From Asterias rubens (Eukaryota): a stretch of 64,000 bases of DNA. The stretch is from the NCBI RefSeq assembly GCF_902459465.1, contig NC_047081.1, forward strand, positions 2,294,001-2,358,000, in the 5' to 3' direction. This document shows, piece after piece, positions 25,593 to 37,289 of the stretch (positions are counted from its first letter, which is position 1; each line of letters opens with the position of its first letter). Below the pieces are notes generated by a model that was given only the letters and a program-made list of their open reading frames with translations, did no database searches and was not told the origin of the DNA. The position numbers were made by a program, and so were the translations under genes.

Positions 25593-26030
25593 CTTGTTTA
25601 CCCTTGGGAAACCTCTCAGTAAAACACTGTTTTTCAGAGGTGCCCAGCAGCAACTACATACACATTAAAATTTTAAAATTGTATTAATATAAACATATAT
25701 TTATAAAAACATTTCTTAATACTAAAAATAGAAACACAGCAAAATTTAAATAAAGACTACGGAAATACCACAACAGCACACAAAACTTTACAACAAGCAA
25801 AATATACAATGGAGACATCCAAGTGCTTAACCAATTCTTGTGCCCTATAAATTTTGGCCCAGATAATTCATTTCAATTTTTAAAATACAAAGCGAGCGTT
25901 TCTATACAAATCTCTCACGAAGCGTTTACTCCAAATATCTCGCGGCACCGGCCTTGACAGGGTTAGAAGTATATCCAGGGCAAGGCTATCAGTCGTGACT
26001 GATCATAAACTCGGAAACGTTCGTGTTTTG
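25593..26030 (-). mobile_element. L2/CR1-type LINE 3' fragment
   Basis: The minus strand ends ...ctgggcaccctctgaaaaacagtgttttactgagaggtttcccaagggtaaacaag-(aaat)n. The upstream decayed frame LTLSRPVPRDIWSKRF..YRNARF..*NELS resembles the LTLP.PRT..GKR.F.YR....WN.L ORF2 end. Confidence 0.55.
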
Positions 26031-26371
26031 TTCCGTCATTACCGGAATAAAGTCAACAGAGGGCGTGCCGAATGCAAACAGCTGTTAGTTTGGGAGGGCG
26101 ACATTAATCAGTTTGAAAATGACTTGCTGGATTGGGTTACATAGGACTGCGTAACTTGTAGTGACTTTACGATGTGATTGAAAACAAGAAAATGAACGGA
26201 AACGCAAGCTGCGACTTACTTCCACTGTCATTCTTAGAATAGAGTAAACTGGGACCCAACAACTGTTACTTTAAATTAATAGTTAGCTTCAGCTGTAGTT
26301 GTTTAGGTCTTGCATTGGATGACTGTAGGTTTGCTTCCCAAGTCTATACTCCAAAATAAAACACTGAAAAT

Positions 26372-26738
26372 TTAAGGCAGTGGACACTATTGGTAATTAC
26401 TCAAAATGATTATCATCATAAAACCTTTCTTGATTGTAAGTAATGGGGAGAGGTTGACAGTATAAAACATTGTGAGAAACAGCTCCCTCTGAAGTGAAGT
26501 AATTTTCCACGAGTTTGATTTCAAGACCTCAAGTTTAGAATTTGAGGTCTCGAAATCAAGTATCAGAAAGCACACAACTTTGTGTGACAAGGGTGTTTTT
26601 TCTTTCATTATTATCTCGCAACTTTGACGACCGATTGAGCTCAAATTTTCACAGGTTTTTTATTTTATGCATATGTTGAGATACACCAACTGTGAAGACT
26701 TATCTTTGACAATTACCAATAGTGTCCACTGTTTTTAA
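26372..26738 (+). mobile_element. Kolobok/T2-type MITE, family A
   Basis: ttaaggcagtggacactattggtaattac ... ccaatagtgtccactgttt-ttaa. Confidence 0.9.
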
Positions 26739-26766
26739 AAGTACACTGTTTTATAGTCACGTATAG

Positions 26767-27157
26767 TTAAAGGCAGTGGTCACTATTGGTAAATGTCAAA
26801 GACCAATCTTCTCAATTGGTGTATCTCAACATACGCTCAAAATAACAAACCTGTGAAAATTTGAATGAGCTCAATTGGTCGTCGGAGTTGCGAGATAACT
26901 ATGAAAGAAAAAAACACCCTTGTCACACCAAGTTGTGTGATTTCAGATGCTTGATTTCGAGACCTCAAATTCTAAACTTGATGTCTCGAAATCAAATTCG
27001 TGGAAAATTACTTGTTTCTCGAAAACTATGGCACTTCAGAGGTAGCCATTTCTCACAGTGTTTTATACCATCAACCTCTCCCTATTACTCGTCACCAAGA
27101 AAAGTTTTACGCTAATAATAAATTTGAGTAATTACCAATAGTGTACACTGCCTTTAA
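26767..27157 (-). mobile_element. Kolobok/T2-type MITE, family A
   Basis: ttaa-aggcagtggtcactattggtaaatgtc ... ccaatagtgtacactgcct-ttaa. Confidence 0.9.
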
Positions 27158-28005
27158 TCAGAAAGGTTGGTTGCATTTTGTTATAGCATTTTAATACAGT
27201 ACTGCAGCCCAGGATCTCATCCAGTGAAAACAGACATAATCTTTAAATCTCAAATTTTCCAAAGCAAAACATTTAGAGAAAACGGTTATCTACGTATGGT
27301 TATTGATAAACCCTACAGTGTTTGCTGGTAGTTTACTGCCGTTTATTTACAGGCCCCCAAACCAGCCTTAAAAATAATAGTAATAAAAGCCAAGTGCCAA
27401 ATCCGCCCGGTTCCGACGACGGGTATAAAAAAAATCCAAGATTTTTATCTGACCCAAAATTTTGCCTGGCGGTATTTTTATTTTGATGTTAAACAATCTC
27501 GACAGTTCCTGATCATCACTAGGATCAATAAAGCTGCTTTAAACATTGGATATTATCCGCTAGATCCATCAGGCGTGTTCCAGTACACGAACCCCAGTGT
27601 TTTCCAGGCCCTCCCGCGGGCCTAGCTTAGGCTCCTAGAGACAAAACCGCGCCATCCAAATTCTCTCAACTACAGGGTCACGTGTGCCGTTTTTCTCTCT
27701 TCAGACGGGCGGCATTGTGGGAGCGGATGCTTGTACTGCTTCGGATGCCTGCCGTTTTAGCCTCAACATCAAAGCCAGTTGAGGCGCGAAAATCCATTAT
27801 CTCGTCCGGATTATCGAACATGTTTTTGTGACACTATTGAGCAAAGAAGCCCGCGGGTTTCCAAACCACTTGGCCTGAATCTGAGCCACAGTGTTGAGGA
27901 GAATATTTTTTTTTAAATTGTCCTCATCAAAAGTTCAACTGGCTTGTTTTCTGTTCTAGAGAGTTATGGTTACCATAGACAACAATTCTACCAACGAGGA
28001 CCATT

Positions 28006-28396
28006 TTAAAGACAAGTGGACACTATTAGTAATTGTCAAAGACCAGTCTTCTCACTTGGTGTATCTCAACATATGCATAAAATAACAAACCTGTGAAAAT
28101 TTGAACTTGATTGGTCGTCGGAGTTGCGAGATATCTATGAAAGAAAAAACACCCTTGTCACACGAAGTTGTGTGCTTTCAGATGCTTGATTTCGAGACCT
28201 CAAATTCTAAACTTGGGGTCTCGAAATCGAAATCGTGGAAAATTACTTCTTCCTACCTCGAAAACTACGTTACTCCAGAGGGAGCCGTTTTTCACAATGT
28301 TTTTTACTATCAACCTCTCCCCATTACCCGTTACCAAGTGAGGTTTTATGCTGATAATTAGTTTGAGTATCTGCCAATAGTGTCCACTGCCTTTAA
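28006..28396 (-). mobile_element. Kolobok/T2-type MITE, family A
   Basis: ttaa-agacaagtggacactattagtaattgtc ... ccaatagtgtccactgcct-ttaa. Confidence 0.9.
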
Positions 28397-28479
28397 CTCT
28401 GACGCGTTCTTGAAGGAAGAAATCTTACTGACGGAAATGACGGGATTTGACGGGAGTAGTAACCAGCGTGTTGGACACA

Positions 28480-28760
28480 TGCCAACAGTGACTATTAGAA
28501 TTACATTATAGTCATTAGAACCACAAGTGCCATAACCCGGGAGATTTTCAAATTGTTCATAAGAACATGTTAAGATTTGTGTATTTTCAAAAGCATTCTG
28601 CAGAATCAAGGAGAGTTGGCTGCTGTGGTTGAATGCTTGTCCGCAACTCTTCCCTGAGAACTGCTGAATATTAGGAGTCAAATGGCGCCACGCATCAATT
28701 AACGACCAACAAACAACAGGTGAACAACAGGTCCAACTTTGAGTGGATTTTTGCAAAAAA
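28480..28760 (+). pseudogene. Decayed LINE reverse transcriptase fragment (the track's 139-aa minus ORF is its antisense)
   Basis: The plus frame reads ..P*PGRFS..HVKICVFSKAFCRIKESWLLWL..ILGVKWRHASINDQQ, cf. GFRPGRS / DFSKAFD.V / LL.KL / W..S.L.DRQQ. Confidence 0.5.
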
Positions 28761-29244
28761 TCCAATTGTAAAAGCATTTCTTAAAACTCTAATCCTATGA
28801 TAAGGCATTTAATTTTTGTTCTAATAATATGGTCACTTTACTCAAGCATCATCAATCAAACACCAACATTGACGCAACCTTCATCACCGAAGACATTGAA
28901 TTCGAAAATATATAGGTTATATAGGGCACGAATCAATTACCCAAAGCATAATACACAAAGTTAATTAACTTCATTCACGATTCAGCCATTAGGTAAAACA
29001 AAGTAATGTCTGTCAATGATTTAACCAAGTTGTGTGTATCCTACTTGACGTTTCTGAACTCATTAGGGCACAGACTATTTTAACCTCACTCTCAAACAAA
29101 AAACCATCACTGAATGTTGTCATAATGCTATTCCCATTTCTGAATAATGTCAAGCAATTCCCTTTTGAACTCTCAATCGTGCGTGACATAAAACATTGAA
29201 ATTGATTTGTCAAGGTCTAGTTTTAAGTCTACGCTGATTTCTGT

Positions 29245-29336
29245 AGACAAAAAAACATTCACGGACAGCTCGTGGGTAAATCGAACCTACGACCATCTTC
29301 ATCGAGATGAGACGTCTTCACCACTAGACATGAACT
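29245..29336 (-). mobile_element. tRNA-derived SINE head (degenerate)
   Basis: Minus strand: tgtctagtggtgaagacg (A box) ... ggtcgtaggttcgatttacccac (B box), followed by a T7 run. Confidence 0.55.
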
Positions 29337-29644
29337 AAATTGACTTTCGTACTGTGCGAGCCAGGTGAAAAGACATTCTTGTCACGACTCAGACCCGGCT
29401 GAGTGAAGTGGAGTCGAGTGTAAAAATCAGAGATGACTTTGGCCAGCTTCCCATCCAATGTTTAGAACTGAACTTGCATCATCTGCAAATTGCTACAACA
29501 TCACATGAGAGGCGAACAAGTTGTCTAACTATTTCGGATTTGATAATCGATACACAATAATGAGCTTGTGTCAATACGATAAATACAATAAGTGGTTATT
29601 AACTCGCAAGTAAACGGTATGGGTTCGATCGATTCCTCATCTGA

Positions 29645-29893
29645 CACCTCTGAAAATTGACCCACAATTGGCAAAGATTCCGGGTCACAGTGACCAGGAT
29701 TCCGGGTCACAGGGCCCCTGACCCATTTTTGGTTAGGCTGACCCCGGAATCTGGTTAAAACATGAGATTTCAACTCGGAATCTGCCTCAGTTGGACCAAT
29801 TTCTGGTTCATGTTAAACCAGATTCCGGGTAAAAATGAGCCAGAATTGGTCCGGCCCCAAGGGACCGCCAAGTCAATTCCGACCCGAGTGCAC
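29645..29893. mobile_element. CACT..AGTG (EnSpm/CACTA-like) non-autonomous element with gacccg/ccgggtc subterminal repeats
   Basis: cacctctgaaaattgaccc ... gattccgggtca x2 ... ttccgacccgagtg. Shares motifs with 32337, 42305, 44232 and 62225. Confidence 0.55.
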
Positions 29894-30139
29894 CTACGTT
29901 AGGATGATTATGTATGTAGCCAGAATGTTTCAAGAATTCTAGACGTTTGAGTTGGTAGTGATTTTTTCAGGTTCGGTATGAGTTGGTGCTGGTTGCGATC
30001 ATGATAGCGTGCTGACAGAGAGGAAACACAGTTAATGTAAACGGTTGACTAATGCACCTAGGTCAAATCTTATGGTGAAGATCACATCCATTATTTTTAT
30101 TTTATGGCTATTATGAAACTGAGTAAACACAAGCCCCCA

Positions 30140-30680
30140 GGGAGAGCAGCCATGTTTTATATCACTCAATATGCATATTGTCAATAATTTGTGACGTGTT
30201 TTGTTACTGTGTAATAAAGACCGACTTGAAAATTAAAGACACTGCTACAGATCGAGACATTGTGACGTGTTTCTGTGTCTCTTGTACATATTTAATTTCT
30301 AGTTATTTATTATTATTTGCTTTAGAATTGTTTCTGTATAATTTTATGCACTTTAGATTTTGTTGCATTTTAATGGACTGTAAAATTCTCACAATTGTTC
30401 TTTTTTGGGGGGTTCTATCAGAGTATGGAATAAACGTATTATTGAATTGAATTGAATTGAAAAGAGTGAAGTTAAAAAGCACTAGATACAAAATGGAGAT
30501 ATCAAACCGACCTCGTTCCCAGGACGGAACCATGGAGAGCCGCCATGTTTTATTTCACTCATCATGCAGATTGCAGAGAATCTGTGACGTATTGATTACC
30601 GTGTAAAGAGTGAAATTAAAAGCACTGCAGATCCAAAATGGAGATATCGAATCGACCTCGTTCCCAGAACGGAACCTAAT
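30140..30680 (+). repeat. Tandem repeat, period 144 bp, interrupted by a LINE-like 3' end with (ATTGA)n tail (~30270-30460)
   Basis: gagtgaa.ttaaaagcact..agat.caaaatggagatatc.aa.cgacctcgttcccag.acggaacc at 30464 and 30608. The ggagag.cgccatgtttta block occurs at ~30141 and ~30535. Confidence 0.75.
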
Positions 30681-31442
30681 TGAACGGGTATCCGACACAT
30701 TGCATTGTGGATAAATAACGCGTCGTGCTTTCCTGAAAGGTCGTCCGTTATAATATGATTGAACTCATTTACAACCCTATGGTGGGATCTACGTTTACAC
30801 CCCTTGGGATCGACGCAACACTCACGATCAAACCACCGCCGTACCACCGGGGACGCAACCCCACACTACAATTGACTGTAATTAGGCAATTACCCGAGTT
30901 TTACCGCGGCGAAGTCGCAACGGGCTTTCCCCTCCCCGTCCTATAGGAACGACACCCTCTTGGCCCAGTTTAAAGCAATAATCGCTGACCAAACCCACCT
31001 ACAGTTGATGAAAAACTGGCCAATCTGAGGTGTGTCGTAATTACAGCTATAATGTGAAATGAGTTATTTATTGACAGAGAGCAACGATCACAATGTGTGA
31101 CCGACATTTAAAGCGATTGCGTTGGACAGGAAACCACCTGCAGATATAGCATCTTTATTCAGATCTTCCGGGAGGACTGAAGAAACCATTCTACGAAACA
31201 ATACAGTATAATCAATCGGTACAGTGCAAATAATCTCCATCACTATAAAACATTTTTAAAACAGTATACATATTTTTAATATTAAGTGCAGATTTGATTT
31301 TGTACTGCTTAGGTCTCAATACGTACTTTTTGTAATGATTAAACGCTGCACCTTTTATCGTCAAGTTTGCTTGCCGTGATAGACAATTTAAAGGTATGAA
31401 TACTTAATAATATTGTTGGATAACTAATCCTGCATAAAGGGC

Positions 31443-31596
31443 CAGGGGTGGATTTCACAAAGAGTTAGGACTAGTCTTATCTCAAGTTAGGACGAGTTAC
31501 TAGTCCTAACTTATGACTAGCTGTACGTTTTTGATATCTCTTAGGACTAGTCTTGAGTTAGGACTAGTCCTAACTCTTTGTAAAATCGACCCCTTG
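31443..31596. mobile_element. PIF/Harbinger-like palindromic MITE
   Basis: caggggtggatttcacaaagagttaggactag ... ctagtcctaactctttgtaaaatcgaccccttg. Confidence 0.85.
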
Positions 31597-32336
31597 CATT
31601 AAGAGCCAAGCACCACAATCTAGCCATGACTTCGTATTGATACCGACTCGAATGAAAGAAGGATATCGTTTAAATGAAAAACGAGTATCGATCATAGTGA
31701 AAGGTTTGGCGTACTTTTTAACATTTTGTGAACATTGCAATAACTAAACAACCCACTGATCGTTTCCCAAGGAACTTTGGATCATCATTCGCACAAAATT
31801 AATAAGTCTTCGTGTAAAGCCCCCAAATAACGAGTTTGGTAAACAAAATGATAAAGACAGTTAACCTCCTCACACGGCGTTGCATTTCACCTGGCAATCC
31901 GGTCGCCACCGGACACCACAGGTACAACCTCGTGGTCGTTTCGGATTAAAAATTTGTTTCAAAAACCGGCTAAGCTTCTCGCTCGTGACTTTTGAGAGCT
32001 GTACGTCCCTTTATGATAGGTCTATCTGCGCAGTTCGCTCAGACACCAATCACTGGTTAACGATGTCGACAATTCAGCGGTGTACGGAGCTAAAATTGCA
32101 CTTCGACCGCTGGATTTTACAAGTTTGTCAGCTTCCCGTTTCGTTGACTTGTTAATCGAAATGTCTCGTGATTGGATGACTCTATCCCTTTCAGAATAGT
32201 GTTATACAATGGGAATGATGGGTGACCTATACTTGACCATGTATAGCAAGTTTGTTTCATGTCTGGAACACTTTGGATAGGTTGATAAGTTCACATTTAT
32301 AGAGATCACGAAGCCGTTTAAAAACTCAGCGGAATA

Positions 32337-32530
32337 GTAACTCTGGGGTCAGATTTGACCAGGATTCCGGATCCCAGTGAGGCTGAAACAGAACCGGGTC
32401 AAGCTGACCCAGAAGGTGGTTAAAATGGGATTTTAATTTGGATTATGCGTAAGTTGGACTCATTTCTGGGTTATTTTGACACATGTTCGGATCCAGATCA
32501 ATTCTGACCTTCATTGAGATTTCAGAGTAT
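32337..32530. mobile_element. CACT..AGTG-type element remnant
   Basis: aactctggggtcagatttgaccaggattccgg ... ttctgacc..gagatttcagagt. Confidence 0.5.
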
Positions 32531-32799
32531 AAAAATTTAGAATATATCATTCGGCTTCACACCTAACAAAGAGAACAATGTCTTTCTTCAAAACAATATA
32601 AACGCATTTATCTGACATTTGTGTATATGGACGTGAAGTATCCGCATGCACTTTCGATTCAGTTAGCGTTTACTGACAGTCATCTGCAATATTGAATGAA
32701 AGAAAAGTATGGTTCACAGGCTCGTAATTATATACGTTTCTAGATCCGGATTGATTATGAAAGGCATATCGGAAACCAGACTATTCAGGTAAACGGGTT

Positions 32800-33960
32800 A
32801 AAACGACTGCAATGGAGGCTACTGCTTCGTTTATGCGGAAAAAGTGAATTACACGCCACAGAAGAAGCATCGCGCATGTTGGTTGGTGGCAATGCATTTA
32901 GATAATACTCCCGCACTATATGATAGCCAAGCTATGGGCATCAAAACTTCTGTAAGTAATGGTCGATCCAGGGCCAACTAGCGATCCTTGCTCCTTGTGC
33001 ATTTGACGCTACAACCTTTCGAATTAGCCAACAAGATGTGAATGAGTTCTTGCACGGCTAAGTGAAGATGCTACTTAAGTACCCAGCTCCGGCTGGTTAT
33101 GAGGGTAGATGCTTGCTGGCAGGAGAGACCCCCGTGAGCAGGTACTTACCACAGGGGTGGGTAGGGCAATCTCTTGAGGCCATGACTTCAACAATGTCTT
33201 CCGGGGGATGAGGAAAGAATTATTAGGGATGTGTTTAACAAGATCAAGCTGAATACTCGTCCGTGTTGTCGACAAAAAAAAATGAAAGGGCTAGGAGGTC
33301 GAGGAGGAGTTTATATTGACCACTTGGAGGTAGTTCACTTGAATACGTTGATCTAAAGTCGGGGTGAATTACGTGGATGCATGAATACAAATGATACTAG
33401 GGTTTCAAGACGCCGTAACTGTCCGAGCATGCTTGGTAAACACCAAGATCTTGAAAACTGGACCAGACCATGGCCTGTGTCACAACAACTTGAGAGAATT
33501 CCAAAGCGACGAATAAACTATAAACTAGGTCAGAAATGTTTTCAAGGAAGTCCGTCTAAAGCATGGCTTGAACCAGTTGGTACGATTGCGTTTTTATTTA
33601 AAAAAAGGAAGAAGACAGATATTTATGGTTTAGTCACGAAGAGCGAGAATAGGACTGGAAATAATTTGAGTTTTACGTGACTTGGGAGGAGCCTTTCAGA
33701 CATCACGTTCATGTTAAGGGGACTTCCGTTGTCCTATATCCTTAATGCTGTCAATATCCCATTAATGAAGATTTGATGAAGTATCCTTTCCAATTGTTTA
33801 CACCAAGGCTTTTTACTCAAACAAATTAGCAGTAACAGGTAGTCTTTAAGATGGTCTTAGTATCTCACGTTGCTTAACGGTGGATCATTATTGGAGATGC
33901 CAATATTGGCAATGATTTTGGTACAAGAAAGCGTAGGACACCTAAGGCATATAATCTTAC
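32800..33960 (+). pseudogene. Decayed intronless gene (~1.2 kb), origin unknown
   Basis: Consecutive protein-like segments linked by frameshifts: NDCNGGYCFVYAEKVNYTPQKKHRACWLVAMHLDNTPALYDSQAMG; DATTFRISQQDVNEFLHG*VKMLLKYP; and frame 33207-33680 with one internal stop (DEERIIRDVFNKIKLN...). Confidence 0.5.
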
Positions 33961-34696
33961 GTTTATTGCACGATAAATAACAGTCCACCTCTTGCCCCCC
34001 CCAAAAAAAAAAAAATGTATCTGTTTTAATTTCGGGATTTACGAAAATAATAGAAACACAGTTTTTGGGGGACTTGTCTTTCTGTTGTGCTAGTTTCTTT
34101 TAAGAATTGTCAAGTTTGCCTCAAGAAATAAGTGATATTTGGTAGAATTACATACCGACGTATTCAACTTTTTTGAAGCAGCTGAACATAACCTTGCACA
34201 ACGAAGAGCGCACCTCATGCGTACCGCTATCAAATTTGGGGTCACTACATACCTTTGTGCACTATATTTGAAATCCAAAATGGCGGACAACAGGAGGCGC
34301 ATCTTAATTTTTGGGTATGTTACGGTTCTTTATGTATATACTTAGAAGTTCTTCATAACATTTCTAATGCATTATATGTTAAACTAAATCATCTATTACA
34401 GATGCTGTTGATTAAAATACGGATAAAAAACCTTTCACGCTCCTGCATCTTAGGGGGTAAAAAGAAGTCAAAAGTAGACCACAACGTATCGGGTTACAAT
34501 TTTCGTGGAGGAATATTACCACTTAAGCACTATACAACCATAAAATGTGCGTGTACGAAATTAAGAGATTGAATTAATGGGAGTCTCAAGCTAGGTGCGA
34601 TTATTCGATCAAATTTCGCGGCACTAGTAAAATGAAAGTTACCAAATGTAAAAAACGAGGCCTCCCAACACAAAGTAGACTAATTTTTTAGCCTTA

Positions 34697-34824
34697 GGCC
34701 GTGTCCGAATTGGCGACTTCGGCTACAGCTACGGCTAGGGCGCGCGCGTCTGCTATTCTTTAACACTGACAGACGCGCTGATCTAGCCGTAGCTGTAACC
34801 AAAGTCGCCAATTCGGACACGGCC
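34697..34824. mobile_element. 128-bp palindromic PIF/Harbinger-like MITE
   Basis: tta|ggccgtgtccgaattggcgacttcggctacagctacggctag ... ctagccgtagctgtaaccaaagtcgccaattcggacacggcc|gta (TWA-like TSD with one mismatch). Confidence 0.85.
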
Positions 34825-35720
34825 GTACACAGGGCCTAACAACAGTGGGGCTATGGCAAAGACACTAGTCTGGTATCTTCTTTTTCAGGCAGCATGGCTA
34901 TATCATTACGGAACACGCATACAAGTAACTATACCAACATGGCTACTGTATCGCTGGTTCCCTCCCCTTGTAGGCACCCGACGACCGTGCTCGCTCCTCG
35001 TTATCATTGTACTACCAGTTAATTAGTACAGACGCCCCTCCCTTTTATCAACCGCTTTAGAGGCGGGGCCCTAAGGTTAATAAAGTTTGTATTACACACA
35101 TTAAAGCATTGGATTGGACGACATACCGACAGATATAGAGAAACCACTGTTAGGAGTTAGATCTACCCCAGGGTTCTACGGGAATAGCCCGGGCAAATTA
35201 ATAAGCTTGAGGTTGCAGCGTCTCCCCAGGCCCGGCCTTACGTCGTCTCGTATTCCAGGATTTACCAGCCGGTAAATGATCCAGGATTTGACAAGGAAAA
35301 TATGATGGATCACCTCAAGTCTCCGGAGACGTTATCATTCAATGATGACACCATCCATCCGTCCTCCTCAAATAACACCAAAATACAAGGTGAATTACCA
35401 TTTTCATGTTGGCGCCAACGAGCAACGGGTCGCCCCGTACACGGCACACCGGAGGCTGTCGCATACGACACTTTGTGACTCACTTCCAATGCAAATGTTG
35501 TCAATCGCCGTGACAAATTTCTGCCGCAAATTATCAAAGAATCTGTTAATTTGGCTAATTTTCTGCCAGAGCAGATCCCGATGGGGAACTGATTTTTTGT
35601 TCAGGAGTGAAAAAAAATGATGAGTCTTTTTTTAAGGTGGGGGAGGGGGGGGGGGTTGAAAAGAAAAAAACATCGATAATGATTGATTTCAAAGGAAATA
35701 TGAGAGGCTAATCCAAGTCG

Positions 35721-36350
35721 ATGTTATTCGGGCGAAAAACCAGCAGCCAGGATGCAATCTGGTCTCTCGTGGGATTTAGATATGCAGCACCTTACGCGTT
35801 GCCATCGGCTAGAAACAGGAGTGTGCTTATTCGTCTCTTTTCTCTCCATGGCGTTTTGGACGGGTTAAAAAAAATCCTGGCGGGAAAATATTCGGAGTCC
35901 TTCCTATCCGCTAGGATAATTGGACTTCTAATGATAAAAAGGTCTCCAGGCGTGCTGTATCGACGTGGCTGCCCCTAGCGGATGGGTTATAATATAATTC
36001 CTATAATACAAAGAAAGCACAGGGGGCTGAGTCCTGAGCACTTATGGGATCCTTTAGGGGGATGTAGAAAGCATGGGCGTTCATATTTTCTCATTTCTGA
36101 CATTCACGGGAGGGTAGTGAATAGATTTGATTGTAAGACTCCTGAGGTCAAAATAAGAAGCTGGTAAATATCTGACGACACTTCATTAAGACTTAAAATA
36201 TGGACAATATTCCACCCGGGGCGCGGCCCCGTTCCTCACTGGTACTGGTGACTTGATAGCCTGTGTATATGTAATGCTGATTTTGTAGCTGGTGCCCGGA
36301 CGCTGGTGGCCCTACGGGAAGTCATTAAGAGTCCAACCCAACGTCCTTCA
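35721..36350 (+). pseudogene. Decayed reading frame, origin unknown
   Basis: Track ORFs 35721-35978 and 35982-36167 are the same frame, and it continues 27 more codons after the stop at 36165. Confidence 0.35.
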
Positions 36351-36819
36351 AGCGATTCAAACAATTTCTAATACTACCCTTTTAACAACCAAAGTCTTTT
36401 TGTAACATGGTGAAAATCAAATTAGTGTTTCCCCTGTAGATACCAGGTATAGCGCAAGCATAAAGTGAATCCTATAACCTCATGTTTATTGAATAAACAG
36501 ATTTATTTTTCTGTGGAAACAATTTTGAAGGGCGTGTTTTTTTTGCGGCAAATTCCATATGGGTAGCCAAAACATGAGCAGTGTTAAATGCAAACTAGGT
36601 TTCAGCTTCACTAATTATAATTAGTTTTAATACCTGTTATAAATGTGGTTGTCGCAGGTAAAGTTAAACAATTCTAGACGGACAAAATGTTTGCTGACAA
36701 ACTCCCTAACGAGGCAAAAATACGCATAAGTTTCGGCAGCAGTGATTTATTTTAGTGCGAGATATTGTCGTGAACAGATCTGTAAACGATTCCCCAAACT
36801 AAAGTCTTTTAATATTTGA

Positions 36820-36966
36820 ATGAAAAGTTACCTCTTTTTCAAAAATTACGTGACTTCTTTCTTACAATGTTTTATACCATCAACAGCTCCCCATTTCTTG
36901 GTACCAAGTACGTTTTTAAGTTCACAATTATTTTGAGTAATTACCAAACAGTGTCCAGTGCCTTTA
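36820..36966 (-). mobile_element. Partial Kolobok-type MITE end (B-like)
   Basis: cttacaatgttttataccatcaacagctcccc...ttttgagtaattaccaaacagtgtccagtgccttta. The matching opposite end was not found. Confidence 0.7.
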
Positions 36967-37289
36967 TTATAAGCACGGAGAAAAGTACAAAATAGGAGAA
37001 GTAGGGCAACACAAACGATGAATGAAAACAAACAGCTCTCAACGGAGCGGGAATAAATGATGCGTACAAGTCTAGAATCAAAGTTGAGGGAAATCGAAAC
37101 GATTTAAGACAGAAACATCAGGAAAATGACGGGGGGAAATAGCATTAGGAAACAACCCATAAAAGACTGGCGAGAATCCGCCTTGCATGGGAAGTGTCAA
37201 CATTTCAAAAGTACAGTGATGTATGTGGTTACCCTGGTAACCGCTAAAAAGTAGGTGAAGCAAGCTTAAATTTGTGTCGAAAGGTCAAT

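Noticed and set aside
28358-28777. 139-aa minus ORF containing KSCGQAFNHSSQLSL, resembling a C2H2 zinc finger
   Set aside because: It lacks the first Cys and both His. The opposite strand carries ordered RT motif remnants (FSKAF), and the ORF runs out into a MITE, so it is best explained as an antisense frame.
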